Shown in pieces: positions 26,916-36,650 of a stretch of DNA of 64,000 bases. Position 1 is the first letter of the stretch; every line of letters starts with the position of its first letter. Source of the stretch: an uncultured Bacilli bacterium (GTDB lineage Bacteria; Bacillota_I; Bacilli_A; RF39; UBA660); contig CALVKN010000068.1 in assembly GCA_944332715.1 (NCBI GenBank), positions 11,572 through 75,571 of the forward strand, written 5' to 3'. The notes under the pieces are model-generated. The model did no database searches. It was not told the DNA's origin and saw only the letters and a list, made by a program, of their open reading frames with translations. The position numbers and the translations under genes are program-made.

Positions 26916-28274
26916 ATGGCAAGACTTTTTGGAACCGACGGCGTGCGCGGCGTGGCCAACCGCGACCTGGACTGCACGCTCGCATTTAAAATTGGCGCGG
27001 TGGGCGCGTATGTGCTGGCAAACGAGGTGCATTCGCCCCGCATCCTGATCGGCATGGACACGCGCCTGTCCGGCCCCATGCTGGCGGCGGCGCTGACGGC
27101 GGGGATCTGCTCGGTCGGCGGCAACGCGCTCCACGTGGGCGTGATCCCAACGCCGGCGATGGCGTATCTCGTCCGGCTCTATGAGGCCGACGCGGCGGTG
27201 ATGATCTCCGCGTCGCACAACCCCATGGAGTACAACGGCATCAAGTGGTTCGACGGCAAGGGCTTCAAGCTGTCCGACGCGCTCGAGGACCGCATGGAGG
27301 CGCTCATCCGCTCCGGCGAGGCGCTGCCGCACCCGGAGGGGCGCGACGTGGGCACCGTGATCGACGTGCCGCGCGCCCGCCAGGACTACTGCGACTACCT
27401 GGTCGGCAAGTCGGCCGGCCGGTTTGAGGGCATGAAGGTCGTGCTCGACTGCGCCAACGGCGCCACGTCGGCCATCGGCCGCGAGGTGTTCGAGCGGCTG
27501 GGCGCGAACGTGATCGCCACGTTCTGCTGGCCGGACGGCATGAACATCAACGACGAGTGCGGCTCCACGCACCCGGAGCGGCTGCAGCAGCTCGTGGTGG
27601 CCAACGGCGCGGACATCGGCTTCGCGTTCGACGGCGACGCCGACCGGCTGATCTCGTGCGACGAGCACGGCAACATCGTCGACGGCGACCAGGCCATGGG
27701 CATCCTCGCGCTGGCCATGCAGAAGAAGGGCACGCTGAAAAACGACACGCTCGTGATCACCGTCATGTCCAACCTGGGCCTCAAAAAGCGCATGCAGCAG
27801 GCCGGCATCCGCGTGGCGGAGACGAAGGTGGGCGACCGGTATGTGCTCGAAACCATGCTCGAGCACGGCCACAGCATCGGCGGCGAGCAGTCCGGGCACA
27901 TCATCCTGCTCGACCACAACACGACCGGCGACGGCATGATGAGCGCCATCGCGCTGCTCAACGCCGTGGCGGAGAGCGGCAAACGCCTCTCGCAGCTGGC
28001 TGACGACATCCCGAAATACCCGCAGGTGCTCGTCAACGTGCTCGTGGACAACGGGAAAAAGGCCGAGGCCATGGCGGACGCGGCGCTGCTGCGCCGCAAG
28101 GAGGAGGTGGAGGCGGCGCTGGGCGACAACGGCCGCGTGCTCGTGCGCGCGTCCGGCACCGAGCCGCTCATCCGCATCATGCTCGAGGGGCAGCGGCAGG
28201 ACGAGATATTGGAGCTGGCGCTGTCGCTGGCGCACATCCTCGTGAACAACTACGACGGCAGGATCAAGTCCTGA
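26916..28274 (+). CDS. glmM: Phosphoglucosamine mutase
   Basis: MARLFGTDGVRG...SASHNP active-site serine loop...GEQSGH. Confidence 0.92.
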   Translation: MARLFGTDGVRGVANRDLDCTLAFKIGAVGAYVLANEVHSPRILIGMDTRLSGPMLAAALTAGICSVGGNALHVGVIPTPAMAYLVRLYEADAAVMISASHNPMEYNGIKWFDGKGFKLSDALEDRMEALIRSGEALPHPEGRDVGTVIDVPRARQDYCDYLVGKSAGRFEGMKVVLDCANGATSAIGREVFERLGANVIATFCWPDGMNINDECGSTHPERLQQLVVANGADIGFAFDGDADRLISCDEHGNIVDGDQAMGILALAMQKKGTLKNDTLVITVMSNLGLKKRMQQAGIRVAETKVGDRYVLETMLEHGHSIGGEQSGHIILLDHNTTGDGMMSAIALLNAVAESGKRLSQLADDIPKYPQVLVNVLVDNGKKAEAMADAALLRRKEEVEAALGDNGRVLVRASGTEPLIRIMLEGQRQDEILELALSLAHILVNNYDGRIKS

Positions 28275-28313
28275 CGCGGCGCCGGCTGGAAATTTGGGAG
28301 AGGGGCGCAACGC

Positions 28314-28949
28314 ATGCTGTTGTCCAAAGAGAAATACGACCGGGCGCTCGCGCTGCTGGCGGCGGCCTATCCGGACGTCAGGCCGGCGCTCGAATACTCG
28401 TCGCCGTTTGAGCTGCTGGTGTCGACCATGCTGGCGGCGCAGTGCACCGACAAGCGCGTGAACGAGTGCACGCGCGTGCTGTACGCGCGCTACCACACGC
28501 CGGAGCAGTTTGCCGCGCTCACGCAGGAGGAGCTCGAACCATATATCCGCAGCTGCGGGTTTTTCAACACGAAGGGGAAGAATATCCTCGCCATGTCGCG
28601 CATCCTCGTGGAGCGGTATGGCGGGGAGGTCCCGCGCGAGCGGGACGTGCTGACCACGCTGCCGGGCGTCGGCCGCAAGACGGCCAACGTCGTGGTGTCG
28701 AACGCGTTCGGCACGCCGGCCATCGCCGTGGACACGCACGTGTTCCGCGTGAGCAACCGCATCGGCCTGGCGGACGCGAAGAACGTCGAAAAGACCGAGG
28801 AGCAGCTCATGGCGCACATCCCCGAGAAGGACTGGTCGGACGCGCACCACTGGCTCATCTACCATGGCCGGCAGGTGTGCCACGCCAGAAAACCGGCCTG
28901 CGACGGCTGCTGCGTGGCGTGCGTGTGCGACACGATGCACCGCGGCTGA
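28314..28949 (+). CDS. nth: Endonuclease III
   Basis: HhH-GPD motif (LPGVGRKTANVV) and a C-terminal CxxxxxxCxxCxxxxxC 4Fe-4S cluster loop. Confidence 0.9.
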   Translation: MLLSKEKYDRALALLAAAYPDVRPALEYSSPFELLVSTMLAAQCTDKRVNECTRVLYARYHTPEQFAALTQEELEPYIRSCGFFNTKGKNILAMSRILVERYGGEVPRERDVLTTLPGVGRKTANVVVSNAFGTPAIAVDTHVFRVSNRIGLADAKNVEKTEEQLMAHIPEKDWSDAHHWLIYHGRQVCHARKPACDGCCVACVCDTMHRG

Positions 28950-28982
28950 CGGGACAGGCCGTTACGGAAAGGGACGTCTTAC

Positions 28983-30254
28983 ATGCAGTTCATTGACCAG
29001 ACGCGCATCGTCATCAAGGCCGGCAACGGCGGCGACGGGTGCGCGGCCTTTCACCGGGAAAAATATGTCGCGCGCGGCGGCCCGTCCGGCGGCGACGGCG
29101 GGCGTGGCGGCGACGTGATCTTCGTCGCGGACGCGCAGCGTACCACGCTCGTGGAGTTCCGCTTCCAGCGGCACTACCGCGCGGAAAACGGCGGCAACGG
29201 CCAGCCGGAGCTCAAGACCGGGCGCGACGGCGCGCCGGTGCGCGTGCGCGTGCCGGTAGGCACCGTCGTGCGCGACGTGGAGACCGGCGCGGTGCTGGCC
29301 GACATGAACGAGGACGGCAAGGAGCGGACGGTGCTGCGCGGCGGGCGCGGCGGCAAGGGCAACGCGCGCTTTGCCACCCCCACGCGGCAGGCGCCCCGCT
29401 TTGCGCAGAACGGCGTGCGCACCGAGGAGCGCGAGGTGGAGCTGGAGCTCAAGACCATTGCGGACGTCGGGCTGATCGGCCTGCCGTCCGTCGGCAAGTC
29501 CACGATCCTGTCGGTGCTCACCGCGGCGCGGCCGAAGATCGCCGCCTACCACTTCACGACGCTGACGCCCAACCTCGGCGTGGCCACCCGGCACGGGCGC
29601 TCGTTCGTGCTGGCGGACATCCCGGGGCTCATCGAGGGCGCGGCCGAGGGCGCGGGGCTCGGGCACGACTTTTTGCGCCACATCGAGCGCACGCGCATGC
29701 TCGTGCACGTGCTGGACGCCTCCGGCAGCGAGGGGCGCGACCCGCTCGACGACTATGAAAAGATCAACCTGGAGCTGACGAAGTTCAGCGAACGGCTGGC
29801 GGCGCTGCCGCAGGTCGTCGCGGCCAACAAGATGGACCTGCCGGACGCGGAGGCGCAGCTGGCGCGGCTCAAAGCGGCGCTCGAGCCGCGCGGGGTGCGC
29901 GTGTTCCCGGTGTCGGCCGCCACGGCGCAGGGCTTTGACGCGCTGCTCGATCACGTGGTGCAGGTGCTATCGGCGCTGCCGCCCGTGCTCGAATACCCGG
30001 AGCAGACGCTCGAGGTCGGCCCGCAGTATGAAAAGGGCTTCCACATCGAACGGGACGATACGGGCGCGTACGTGGTCAGCGGCGGCGACGTGGACCGCCT
30101 GCTGGACACGACCGACCCGAACGACGAGACGTCCATGCGCCGGTTCCAGCAATACCTGATCCGCACCGGCATCATCGCCGCGCTGCGGGAGATGGGCGTG
30201 CAGGAGGGCGACACCATCTGCATGGGCGAGTGGTCGTTCGACTTTGTGGATTGA
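28983..30254 (+). CDS. obg: GTPase Obg/CgtA
   Basis: N-terminal glycine-rich Obg fold (GGDGGRGGDV), GLPSVGKST P-loop, C-terminal TGS/OCT domain. Confidence 0.92.
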   Translation: MQFIDQTRIVIKAGNGGDGCAAFHREKYVARGGPSGGDGGRGGDVIFVADAQRTTLVEFRFQRHYRAENGGNGQPELKTGRDGAPVRVRVPVGTVVRDVETGAVLADMNEDGKERTVLRGGRGGKGNARFATPTRQAPRFAQNGVRTEEREVELELKTIADVGLIGLPSVGKSTILSVLTAARPKIAAYHFTTLTPNLGVATRHGRSFVLADIPGLIEGAAEGAGLGHDFLRHIERTRMLVHVLDASGSEGRDPLDDYEKINLELTKFSERLAALPQVVAANKMDLPDAEAQLARLKAALEPRGVRVFPVSAATAQGFDALLDHVVQVLSALPPVLEYPEQTLEVGPQYEKGFHIERDDTGAYVVSGGDVDRLLDTTDPNDETSMRRFQQYLIRTGIIAALREMGVQEGDTICMGEWSFDFVD

Positions 30255-30281
30255 CAGGACAGCGAGAGGAGGAGCAGGAGG

Positions 30282-30668
30282 ATGAACGAACCGAAATTTT
30301 ACCGCTGCGCGCATTGCGGCAATCTCGTGGGGCTGATCGAGGACCACGGCGTGCCCATGCTCTGCTGCGGCGAGCCGATGCAGCGGCTGGAGCCGAACAC
30401 GGCCGAAGCGTCGCACGACCGGCACCTGCCGTTTGTGGAGATCGGCGGCGACACGGTCACCGTGCAGGTGGGCATCGAGCCGCACGAGATGACGGAGGCG
30501 CACCACATCGCCTGGGCGTACCTGCTCACGGTCAAGGGCGGGCAGCGCAAACGCTTTACCCTCGGCGAGGACGAGGTGCCGGTGGCCGAGTTCAAGGTCA
30601 TCGACGACCTGCCGGTGGCGGCCTACGCCTACTGCAACCGCGACGGCCTGTGGAAGACCGGCATCTGA
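30282..30668 (+). CDS. dfx: Desulfoferrodoxin (superoxide reductase, 2Fe type)
   Basis: N-terminal desulforedoxin CxxC...CC site (YRCAHCGNLV...MLCCGEPM) plus a neelaredoxin-like C-terminal domain (HxxxW...C). Confidence 0.85.
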   Translation: MNEPKFYRCAHCGNLVGLIEDHGVPMLCCGEPMQRLEPNTAEASHDRHLPFVEIGGDTVTVQVGIEPHEMTEAHHIAWAYLLTVKGGQRKRFTLGEDEVPVAEFKVIDDLPVAAYAYCNRDGLWKTGI

Positions 30669-30687
30669 GCCGCGGGAGGGAGACGCC

Positions 30688-30960
30688 TTGAAGGGGAAAG
30701 AACGCGCGGCACTGCGCAAACAGGCAAACACGCTTGCGCCCATCTTCCAGATCGGCAAGGGCGACATTGGCGACGCGATGATCGAGGCGATCGACGCGGC
30801 GCTGCAAAAACGCGAGCTCATCAAGATCTCGGTGCTCGAGACGTCGGGCCTGACCGCGCGGGACGCGGCCGAGGTGCTGAGCGTCGCGACCGGCGCGGAC
30901 GTCGTCCAGTGCATCGGGCGGCGGTTCGTGCTGTACCGCGAGCGCACGGAAGAGGCGTGA
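30688..30960 (+). CDS. yhbY: YhbY-like CRM-domain RNA-binding (ribosome assembly) protein
   Basis: About 90 aa; LRKQANTLAPIFQIGKGDI...IKISVLE matches YhbY/CRS1. TTG start with a GGAGGGAG Shine-Dalgarno. Immediately downstream of obg. Confidence 0.8.
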   Translation: MKGKERAALRKQANTLAPIFQIGKGDIGDAMIEAIDAALQKRELIKISVLETSGLTARDAAEVLSVATGADVVQCIGRRFVLYRERTEEA

Positions 30961-31026
30961 CGCGGTCGCCCGCCCGGCGCGGCGGGCGGGGACGGTCCGC
31001 CCGCGAAGGCGGGGACGGAGAGAGAC

Positions 31027-31584
31027 ATGCAGATGACGATCCTTTGGCGCGCGCTGCCGGGCGTGCCCGAGCGGGAGGCGCGCGATGCGTTTGTCCGCCG
31101 TGCACTGGGGCAGGCGCGCTTTTTGCGCCTCGCGCGGGAGCCGGGCGGCAAGCCGTTTCTGCTGCCGGCGGCGGACGACCCGCGCCCGCCGCACCTGAGC
31201 CTGACGCACACGCGCGGACTGATCGCGTGCGCGCTTTTTGACGCGCCCGTGGGCGTGGACGCGGAGCCGGCGGACCGGCAGGTCGCGGCCGCGCTGGCGC
31301 GGCGCATCCTGTCGGAACCGGAGCGCGCGCGCTATGCGGCGCTGCCGGCGGCGGCGCGCGGCGCGTTCCTGCTCGGGCGCTGGGTGGCCAGGGAGGCGCA
31401 CGGCAAGCGCACGGGCGAGGGCATTGCGGGCGGCGGCGCACATCTCGTGGTGACGGACGACGGGCGCGTGCTGGACGCCGGCGGCGCGGTGCTCTCCCGC
31501 GTCAGGACGCTTTCGCTTGCCGGCTGCCTGGTCGCCGTCGCGGGGCCGGACGCCCCGTTTACGCTCTTGACGGAGCAGATCTGA
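31027..31584 (+). CDS. 4'-phosphopantetheinyl transferase, Sfp-type
   Basis: GKPFL motif, SLTHT (FxxSHS-like) motif, W..REA..K (WxxKEA) motif. Confidence 0.7.
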   Translation: MQMTILWRALPGVPEREARDAFVRRALGQARFLRLAREPGGKPFLLPAADDPRPPHLSLTHTRGLIACALFDAPVGVDAEPADRQVAAALARRILSEPERARYAALPAAARGAFLLGRWVAREAHGKRTGEGIAGGGAHLVVTDDGRVLDAGGAVLSRVRTLSLAGCLVAVAGPDAPFTLLTEQI

Positions 31585-31722
31585 CGCCCGGGCGCGTTGC
31601 CGGAGGCTTTTTTTGAAAACCTGACCCATATCTGAAACCAAATTCCCTCCCCCATAGTCTTCTATATGGAAGTGCCCATCCAAATCACATCGAACATGCG
31701 CAAAAAGGAGGAGACAACCGGT

Positions 31723-32781
31723 ATGAAACGCAACAAGTGGAAGCTGCTGTCCCTGGCGCTTGCGCTGGTGCTGCTGCTGTGTGGCTGCAGCGCCGCGTCG
31801 CAGAGGGACGAAACGAGCAACAGCTTTGACGTATCGTCGCCCGCCGCGCCGGCGGCGCCGGAGGGCAACATGATGACCAGTGAGGAGTCCGACGCGGTGC
31901 TCGACACCGGGGAAGCCGGCGGCCTGGCCGGCGACCCGCTCGCCTCGCGCAAGGTCATCCGCGACGCGACGCTGCGCATCCAGACGCTCGAGTACGACAA
32001 GTTCCTGCCCGCGCTCGAGCAGGCGGTGCTGGACGTGGGCGGCTACGTCTCGAGCCGCTATTCGAGCGGCAACAGCTACTATGGCAAGCACCTGCGCTCG
32101 GCCGAGCTCGAGGTGCGCGTACCGGCCGACCGGCTGGACGAGTTCCTGACCGGCGTGAGCGGCCTCGGCAACGTGGTCGACCGGCGCGAGAGCCTGCGCG
32201 ACGTGACCACGGCTTATGTGGACACGGAGGCGCACCTGAACGCGCTCCGCACCGAGCGGGACGCGCTGCTCGAGATCCTGGCTGCGGCGGACACGGTCGA
32301 GGACCTGATCACCGTGCAGAACCGGCTGAGCGACGTGCAGTACGAGATCGAGTCGTACGAGGCCGTGCTGCGCACCTATGACGACCAGATCGCGATGAGC
32401 ACCGTGACGATGTATATCGACGAGGTGGAGCGCGAGACGCCGGTCCAGGAGGAGACGTTCTGGCAGGAGGTGTCCCGCCGGTTCTCCGAGAGCCTGGGCG
32501 CCGTGGGCGAGGGCTTCCGCACGTTTGGCGCGTGGTTTTTCGGCAACCTGCCGTCGATCGTCGTGTGGGTCGTGATCCTGGGCGGGCTGACGGTGGGCAT
32601 CGTGGCCATCGTGCGCCACGGCGGCAAACGCCTGGCGCGGCAGGCTACGGCGCGGCAGGCCGAGACGGCCAGGCGCCTGCGCGAAACGCAGGCCGCGCAG
32701 GCGGCGGCGCGGAACGCGGCGCCGGCGGCGGAACAGCCGCGGGAGCCGGAACGGGCGCCGGAGGAAAAGCCGGAGGGCTGA
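31723..32781 (+). CDS. DUF4349-like lipoprotein with a C-terminal TM anchor
   Basis: MKRNKWKLLSLALALVLLLCGCSA lipoprotein signal, a coiled-coil/DUF4349-like middle, a C-terminal TM segment and a charged tail. AAAGGAGGAG Shine-Dalgarno. Confidence 0.65.
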   Translation: MKRNKWKLLSLALALVLLLCGCSAASQRDETSNSFDVSSPAAPAAPEGNMMTSEESDAVLDTGEAGGLAGDPLASRKVIRDATLRIQTLEYDKFLPALEQAVLDVGGYVSSRYSSGNSYYGKHLRSAELEVRVPADRLDEFLTGVSGLGNVVDRRESLRDVTTAYVDTEAHLNALRTERDALLEILAAADTVEDLITVQNRLSDVQYEIESYEAVLRTYDDQIAMSTVTMYIDEVERETPVQEETFWQEVSRRFSESLGAVGEGFRTFGAWFFGNLPSIVVWVVILGGLTVGIVAIVRHGGKRLARQATARQAETARRLRETQAAQAAARNAAPAAEQPREPERAPEEKPEG

Positions 32782-32804
32782 TCGCGCCGGCATGGGGACG
32801 CACA

Positions 32805-32840
32805 TCGGGGGCGCGCCGGCAGGGCGCGCCCCGTTTTTTG
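32805..32840 (+). terminator. Rho-independent terminator after the DUF4349 gene
   Basis: GGGGCGCGCCGGCAGGGCGCGCCCC hairpin followed by GTTTTTTG. Confidence 0.7.
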
Positions 32841-32842
32841 GC

Positions 32843-32871
32843 TTGACATATACCCATAGGGGGTATATAAT
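32843..32871 (+). promoter_or_regulatory. csoR-copA promoter (TTGACA, 17 nt spacer, TATAAT) with an embedded CsoR operator pseudo-palindrome ATACCCATAGGGGGTAT
   Basis: TTGACATATACCCATAGGGGGTATATAAT. The inverted repeat TACCC-N5-GGGTA between the -35 and -10 matches the GC-rich CsoR operator type known from Bacillus (from memory). Confidence 0.7.
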
Positions 32872-32935
32872 GGGCGCGACGGGTGGGGACACTGCCCATG
32901 TGGCCCGGCACGCCGGGCGGAACGGGAGGCGGAAG

Positions 32936-33235
32936 ATGGAACACAGGTGCTGCAGCGGGCGCACCAAGCAGCGTACGCCGGAGGAGCGCAAACAGCTCAT
33001 CCACCGGCTCAACCGCATCGAGGGGCAGATCCGCGGCATCCGTGGCATGGTGGAGCGGGACGCCTATTGCAACGACATCCTGATCCAGTCGGCGGCGGTC
33101 AGCGCGGCGGTCAGCGCGTTCAATCGCGCACTGCTCGAGGCGCATTTGCGCACGTGCGTGACGGAGGACATCCGCGCCGGACGGGAAGAGACGGTCGACG
33201 AGCTGCTCGCCACGCTGCAAAAACTGATGAAATAG
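32936..33235 (+). CDS. csoR: CsoR/RcnR-family copper-sensing transcriptional repressor
   Basis: About 99 aa; [17 protein letters not shown]...YCNDILIQ with the conserved Cys/His metal ligands. Directly upstream of copA. Confidence 0.85.
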   Translation: MEHRCCSGRTKQRTPEERKQLIHRLNRIEGQIRGIRGMVERDAYCNDILIQSAAVSAAVSAFNRALLEAHLRTCVTEDIRAGREETVDELLATLQKLMK

Positions 33236-33248
33236 GCGAGGGAGGACG

Positions 33249-35771
33249 ATGAAGCAATACACGGTGACCGGGATGAGCTGCGCGGCGTGCAGCGCCCGGG
33301 TGGAAAAGGCGGTGCGCGGCGTCCCGGGCGTGACGGACTGTTCCGTCAACCTGCTGACGGGCGCCATGGGCGTGGAAGGCGCGGCGGCGGACGCGGCGGT
33401 CGTCGCGGCGGTGGAGGCCGCCGGCTATGGCGCGCGCCCGAAGGAGGCGCCGGGCGCGCCTGCGCCCGCGGCGGCGGAGGATGCGCTGCGGGATCGCGAG
33501 ACGCCGGCGCTCGTGCGGCGGCTCGCCGCGTCGGTGGGCTTTCTGCTCGTGCTGATGTACGTTTCGATGGGGCATACCATGTGGGGCTGGCCGCTGCCGG
33601 CGTTCTTCCGGCAGAACCCGGTGGCGGTGGGCGTGCTGGAGCTGCTGCTCACCGCGGCGGTGATGGTCGTGAACCAGCGCTTTTTTACGAGCGGCTTCCG
33701 CAGCCTGTGGCACCGCGCGCCGAACATGGACACGCTCGTCGCGCTCGGCAGCATGGCGGCGTTCGGCTACAGCACGGTGGAGCTGTTTTCGATGACGGCG
33801 GCGGCGGCGCGCGGCGACCTGGCGGCGGCCATGCACGGGTTGCACGGGCTGTATTTTGAGTCTGCGGCCATGATCCTTGCGCTGATCACCGTCGGCAAGA
33901 TGCTCGAGGCCCGCTCCAAGGGCCGCACGACCGACGCGCTGCGCGGGCTGATGCGGCTCGCGCCGCGGACGGCGACGGTCGTGCGCGGCGGCGTGGAGCA
34001 GGCGGTGCCGGTCGAGCAGGTGCGCCCGGGCGACGTGTTTGTCGTGCGGCCGGGCGAGCAGATCCCGGTGGACGGCGTGGTGCGCGACGGGACGGGCGCG
34101 GTGGACGAGGCGGCGCTGACCGGCGAGAGCCTGCCGGTGGACAAGGCGGCGGGCGCGCCGGTGTACGCGGCGACGCTGAACCAGACGGGCTTTTTGCGCT
34201 GCGAGGCCACGCGCGTGGGCGAGGATACGACGCTCTCGCAGATCATCCGCATGGTCGGCGACGCCGCGGCGACCAAGGCGCCGATCGCCAAGGTGGCGGA
34301 CCGGGTGTCCGGCGTGTTCGTGCCGGCGGTGATCGCCGTCGCCGCGGTGACGGTCGCCGTGTGGCTGCTCGTCGGGCAGAGCGCGGGCTATGCGCTGGCG
34401 CGCGGCATCTCGGTGCTCGTGATCAGCTGCCCGTGCGCGCTCGGGCTGGCGACGCCCGTGGCGATCATGGTCGGCAGCGGCGTGGGCGCGCGCCAGGGCA
34501 TCCTGTTCAAGACCGCCGTCTCGCTCGAGGAGACGGGGCGCGCCCAGACGGTCGTGCTCGACAAGACCGGCACCATCACGCGCGGCGAGCCGGGCGTGAC
34601 GGACCTGCTGCCCGCGCCGGGCGTGGACGAGGACGAGCTGCTTCGCCTGGCGGCGGCGCTGGAGCGGCCGAGCGAACACCCGCTTGCCCGCGCCATATTG
34701 CGCGAGGCGGAGGCGCGCGGCCTGGCGGCCGCTTCGGTGACGGACTTTCAGGCGCTGCCGGGCAGCGGGCTGACGGCCGCGCTGGACGGGCACGCCCTGT
34801 TTGGCGGCAACGAGCGCTTTGCCCTCTCGCAGGCGGACGTGCCGGAGGCGCTGCGCGCGCAGGCGGCGGCGCTGGCCGAAACGGGGCGGACGCCGCTGTT
34901 CTTCGGCCGGGACGGGGCGCTGCTCGGCGTCGTGGCCGTGGCGGACACGATCAAGCCGGAGAGCGCGCAGGCGGTGCGGGAGCTGCAGGGCATGGGCGTG
35001 CGCGTCGTGATGCTCACCGGCGACAACGAGCGGACGGCGCGCGCCATCGGCCGCGAGGCGGGCGTGGACGAGGTGATCGCCGGCGTGCTGCCGGACGGCA
35101 AGGAGCGCGCCGTACGCGAGCTGCAGGCGCAGGGACGCGTGGCCATGGTGGGCGACGGCATCAACGACGCGCCGGCGCTCACGCGGGCGGACATCGGCGT
35201 GGCCATCGGCGCGGGGGCGGACGTGGCGATCGACGCGGCAGACGTGGTGCTCGTCAAAAGCCGCCTGACCGACGTGCCGGCGGCCATCCGGCTCGGCCGC
35301 GCCACACTCAAAAACATCTACGAGAACCTGTTTTGGGCGTTTCTGTACAACACCATCGGCATCCCGCTCGCGGCGGGCGTGTTCGTGCCGGTGCTCGGTT
35401 GGGAGCTGAACCCCATGTTCGGCGCGGCGGCGATGAGCCTGTCCAGCTTCTGCGTCGTGACCAACGCGCTGCGGCTGAACCTGTTCCGGCCGCACGACGC
35501 GCGGCGGGACGGGCATGGCCGGATCAAACGGAACCAGAAGAGAAAAGGAGAGGAACGGAACATGGAAAAGACGTTGCAGATCGAAGGCATGATGTGCGCC
35601 CACTGTGAGGCGCGCGTGAAGAAGGCGCTCGAGGCGGTGCCCGGCGTGACGCAGGCGACGGTCAGCCACGAGGCGGGCACGGCGGTCGTGACGCTCGGCG
35701 CGGCTGTGACGGACGAGGCGCTGCGCGCCGCCGTGGAGGCGCAGGACTACCATGTGACGTCGGTCGGCTGA
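33249..35771 (+). CDS. copA: Copper-translocating P-type ATPase with an N-terminal HMA domain and an additional in-frame C-terminal CopZ-like HMA domain
   Basis: N-terminal [15 protein letters not shown] domain. CPC motif ([11 protein letters not shown]), DKTGT phosphorylation site, GDGINDAP. After the last TM segment (..[10 protein letters not shown]) the frame continues without a stop into [29 protein letters not shown]... (69 aa, CopZ-like), preceded by an internal AAAGGAGAGG Shine-Dalgarno. Confidence 0.85.
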   Translation: MKQYTVTGMSCAACSARVEKAVRGVPGVTDCSVNLLTGAMGVEGAAADAAVVAAVEAAGYGARPKEAPGAPAPAAAEDALRDRETPALVRRLAASVGFLLVLMYVSMGHTMWGWPLPAFFRQNPVAVGVLELLLTAAVMVVNQRFFTSGFRSLWHRAPNMDTLVALGSMAAFGYSTVELFSMTAAAARGDLAAAMHGLHGLYFESAAMILALITVGKMLEARSKGRTTDALRGLMRLAPRTATVVRGGVEQAVPVEQVRPGDVFVVRPGEQIPVDGVVRDGTGAVDEAALTGESLPVDKAAGAPVYAATLNQTGFLRCEATRVGEDTTLSQIIRMVGDAAATKAPIAKVADRVSGVFVPAVIAVAAVTVAVWLLVGQSAGYALARGISVLVISCPCALGLATPVAIMVGSGVGARQGILFKTAVSLEETGRAQTVVLDKTGTITRGEPGVTDLLPAPGVDEDELLRLAAALERPSEHPLARAILREAEARGLAAASVTDFQALPGSGLTAALDGHALFGGNERFALSQADVPEALRAQAAALAETGRTPLFFGRDGALLGVVAVADTIKPESAQAVRELQGMGVRVVMLTGDNERTARAIGREAGVDEVIAGVLPDGKERAVRELQAQGRVAMVGDGINDAPALTRADIGVAIGAGADVAIDAADVVLVKSRLTDVPAAIRLGRATLKNIYENLFWAFLYNTIGIPLAAGVFVPVLGWELNPMFGAAAMSLSSFCVVTNALRLNLFRPHDARRDGHGRIKRNQKRKGEERNMEKTLQIEGMMCAHCEARVKKALEAVPGVTQATVSHEAGTAVVTLGAAVTDEALRAAVEAQDYHVTSVG

Positions 35772-35786
35772 AACGGGCTGCCCGGC

Positions 35787-35831
35787 AAACGCAGACGAGG
35801 CTCCGCCGGTGGCGGAGCCTCGTCTGCGTTT
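35787..35831. terminator. Bidirectional terminator between convergent copA and the SDR gene
   Basis: Long perfect hairpin AAACGCAGACGAGGCTCCGCC GGTG GCGGAGCCTCGTCTGCGTTT. Confidence 0.75.
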
Positions 35832-35849
35832 GCGTTGCGGGAGCGCGTG

Positions 35850-36650
35850 TTACGCCTTTGCGTACAGCAGCCCGACGAGCCAGTTGAGCGTGCGTACGGG
35901 CAGCAGGCGCGCCAGCAGCAGGAAGAACTGGTATTGCAGCCCGCACGAGTACAGCGCCTTGGGGTGGCGCTTTTGCGCGATGGCCACGATGCGCCGGCCC
36001 AGCACGTCCACAGACATGCCGTTCTGCTCGTCGCGCTCCATGCCGGCGACCGAGCGGGCGAGCGCGGCATACACCTCGCCGCCCGCGGCGCTCTTCTGCC
36101 GCGCGGCGGTGAACCCGGTCTTCACGTCGCCCGGCAGCAGCGCGACGGCGTGCACGCCGAACGGGCGCAGCTCGTTTTGCAGCGCCATCGTGACCGAGGC
36201 GATGGCGGCCTTGGCGGCGGAATAAAACGCCTGGAACGGGATCGGGATCGACCCGGCCACGGAGCCGAGGTTCAATATCAGCCCGGCGCGGGCCTGCCGC
36301 ATGTGCGGCAGCGCGGCGCGGATGCAGTGCAGCGTGCCGAAGAAGTTGACGTCGAACTGGCTGCGCGCTTCCGCGTCGGTCGTGAATTCGATCGCGCCCG
36401 AAATGCCGAACCCGGCGCTGTTGACGAGGATGTCGAGCCGCCCCTCCCGCGCGAGCACGGTTTCCACCGCCGCGCGCGCCTGTGCTTCGTCCGCAATGTC
36501 GGCGGTCAGGTGGGTGTGGCGCGCCGCCGGGAACGGGTGCCGGCTCAGGCCGTAGACGGTGTAGCCGGCGTCGAGAAAGGCGTTGGCGGCGGCCAAACCG
36601 ATGCCGCTGGAGGCGCCGGTGACGAGCACGACGCCCTTACTTTCCGACAT
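35850..36650 (-). CDS. Short-chain dehydrogenase/reductase (classical SDR) with a hydrophobic C-terminal tail; 3-ketodihydrosphingosine-reductase-like architecture
   Basis: TGASSGIGLAAA, NSAG, YSAAK. C-terminal ...KALYSCGLQYQFFLLLARLLPVRTLNWLVGLLYAKA is a hydrophobic tail anchor. 14-nt overlap with the upstream alpha-oxoamine synthase gene. Confidence 0.75.
   Translation of the reverse strand: MSESKGVVLVTGASSGIGLAAANAFLDAGYTVYGLSRHPFPAARHTHLTADIADEAQARAAVETVLAREGRLDILVNSAGFGISGAIEFTTDAEARSQFDVNFFGTLHCIRAALPHMRQARAGLILNLGSVAGSIPIPFQAFYSAAKAAIASVTMALQNELRPFGVHAVALLPGDVKTGFTAARQKSAAGGEVYAALARSVAGMERDEQNGMSVDVLGRRIVAIAQKRHPKALYSCGLQYQFFLLLARLLPVRTLNWLVGLLYAKA

Noticed and set aside
33120-35753. 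877-aa minus-strand ORF, and the other long antisense ORFs 21620-23443 (+), 26808-28940 (-), 45480-47918 (-).
   Set aside because: All lie antisense to confidently assigned genes (copA, MATE transporter, glmM, P60 cluster). They have no motifs, and their composition is typical of high-GC stop-codon-poor antisense frames.
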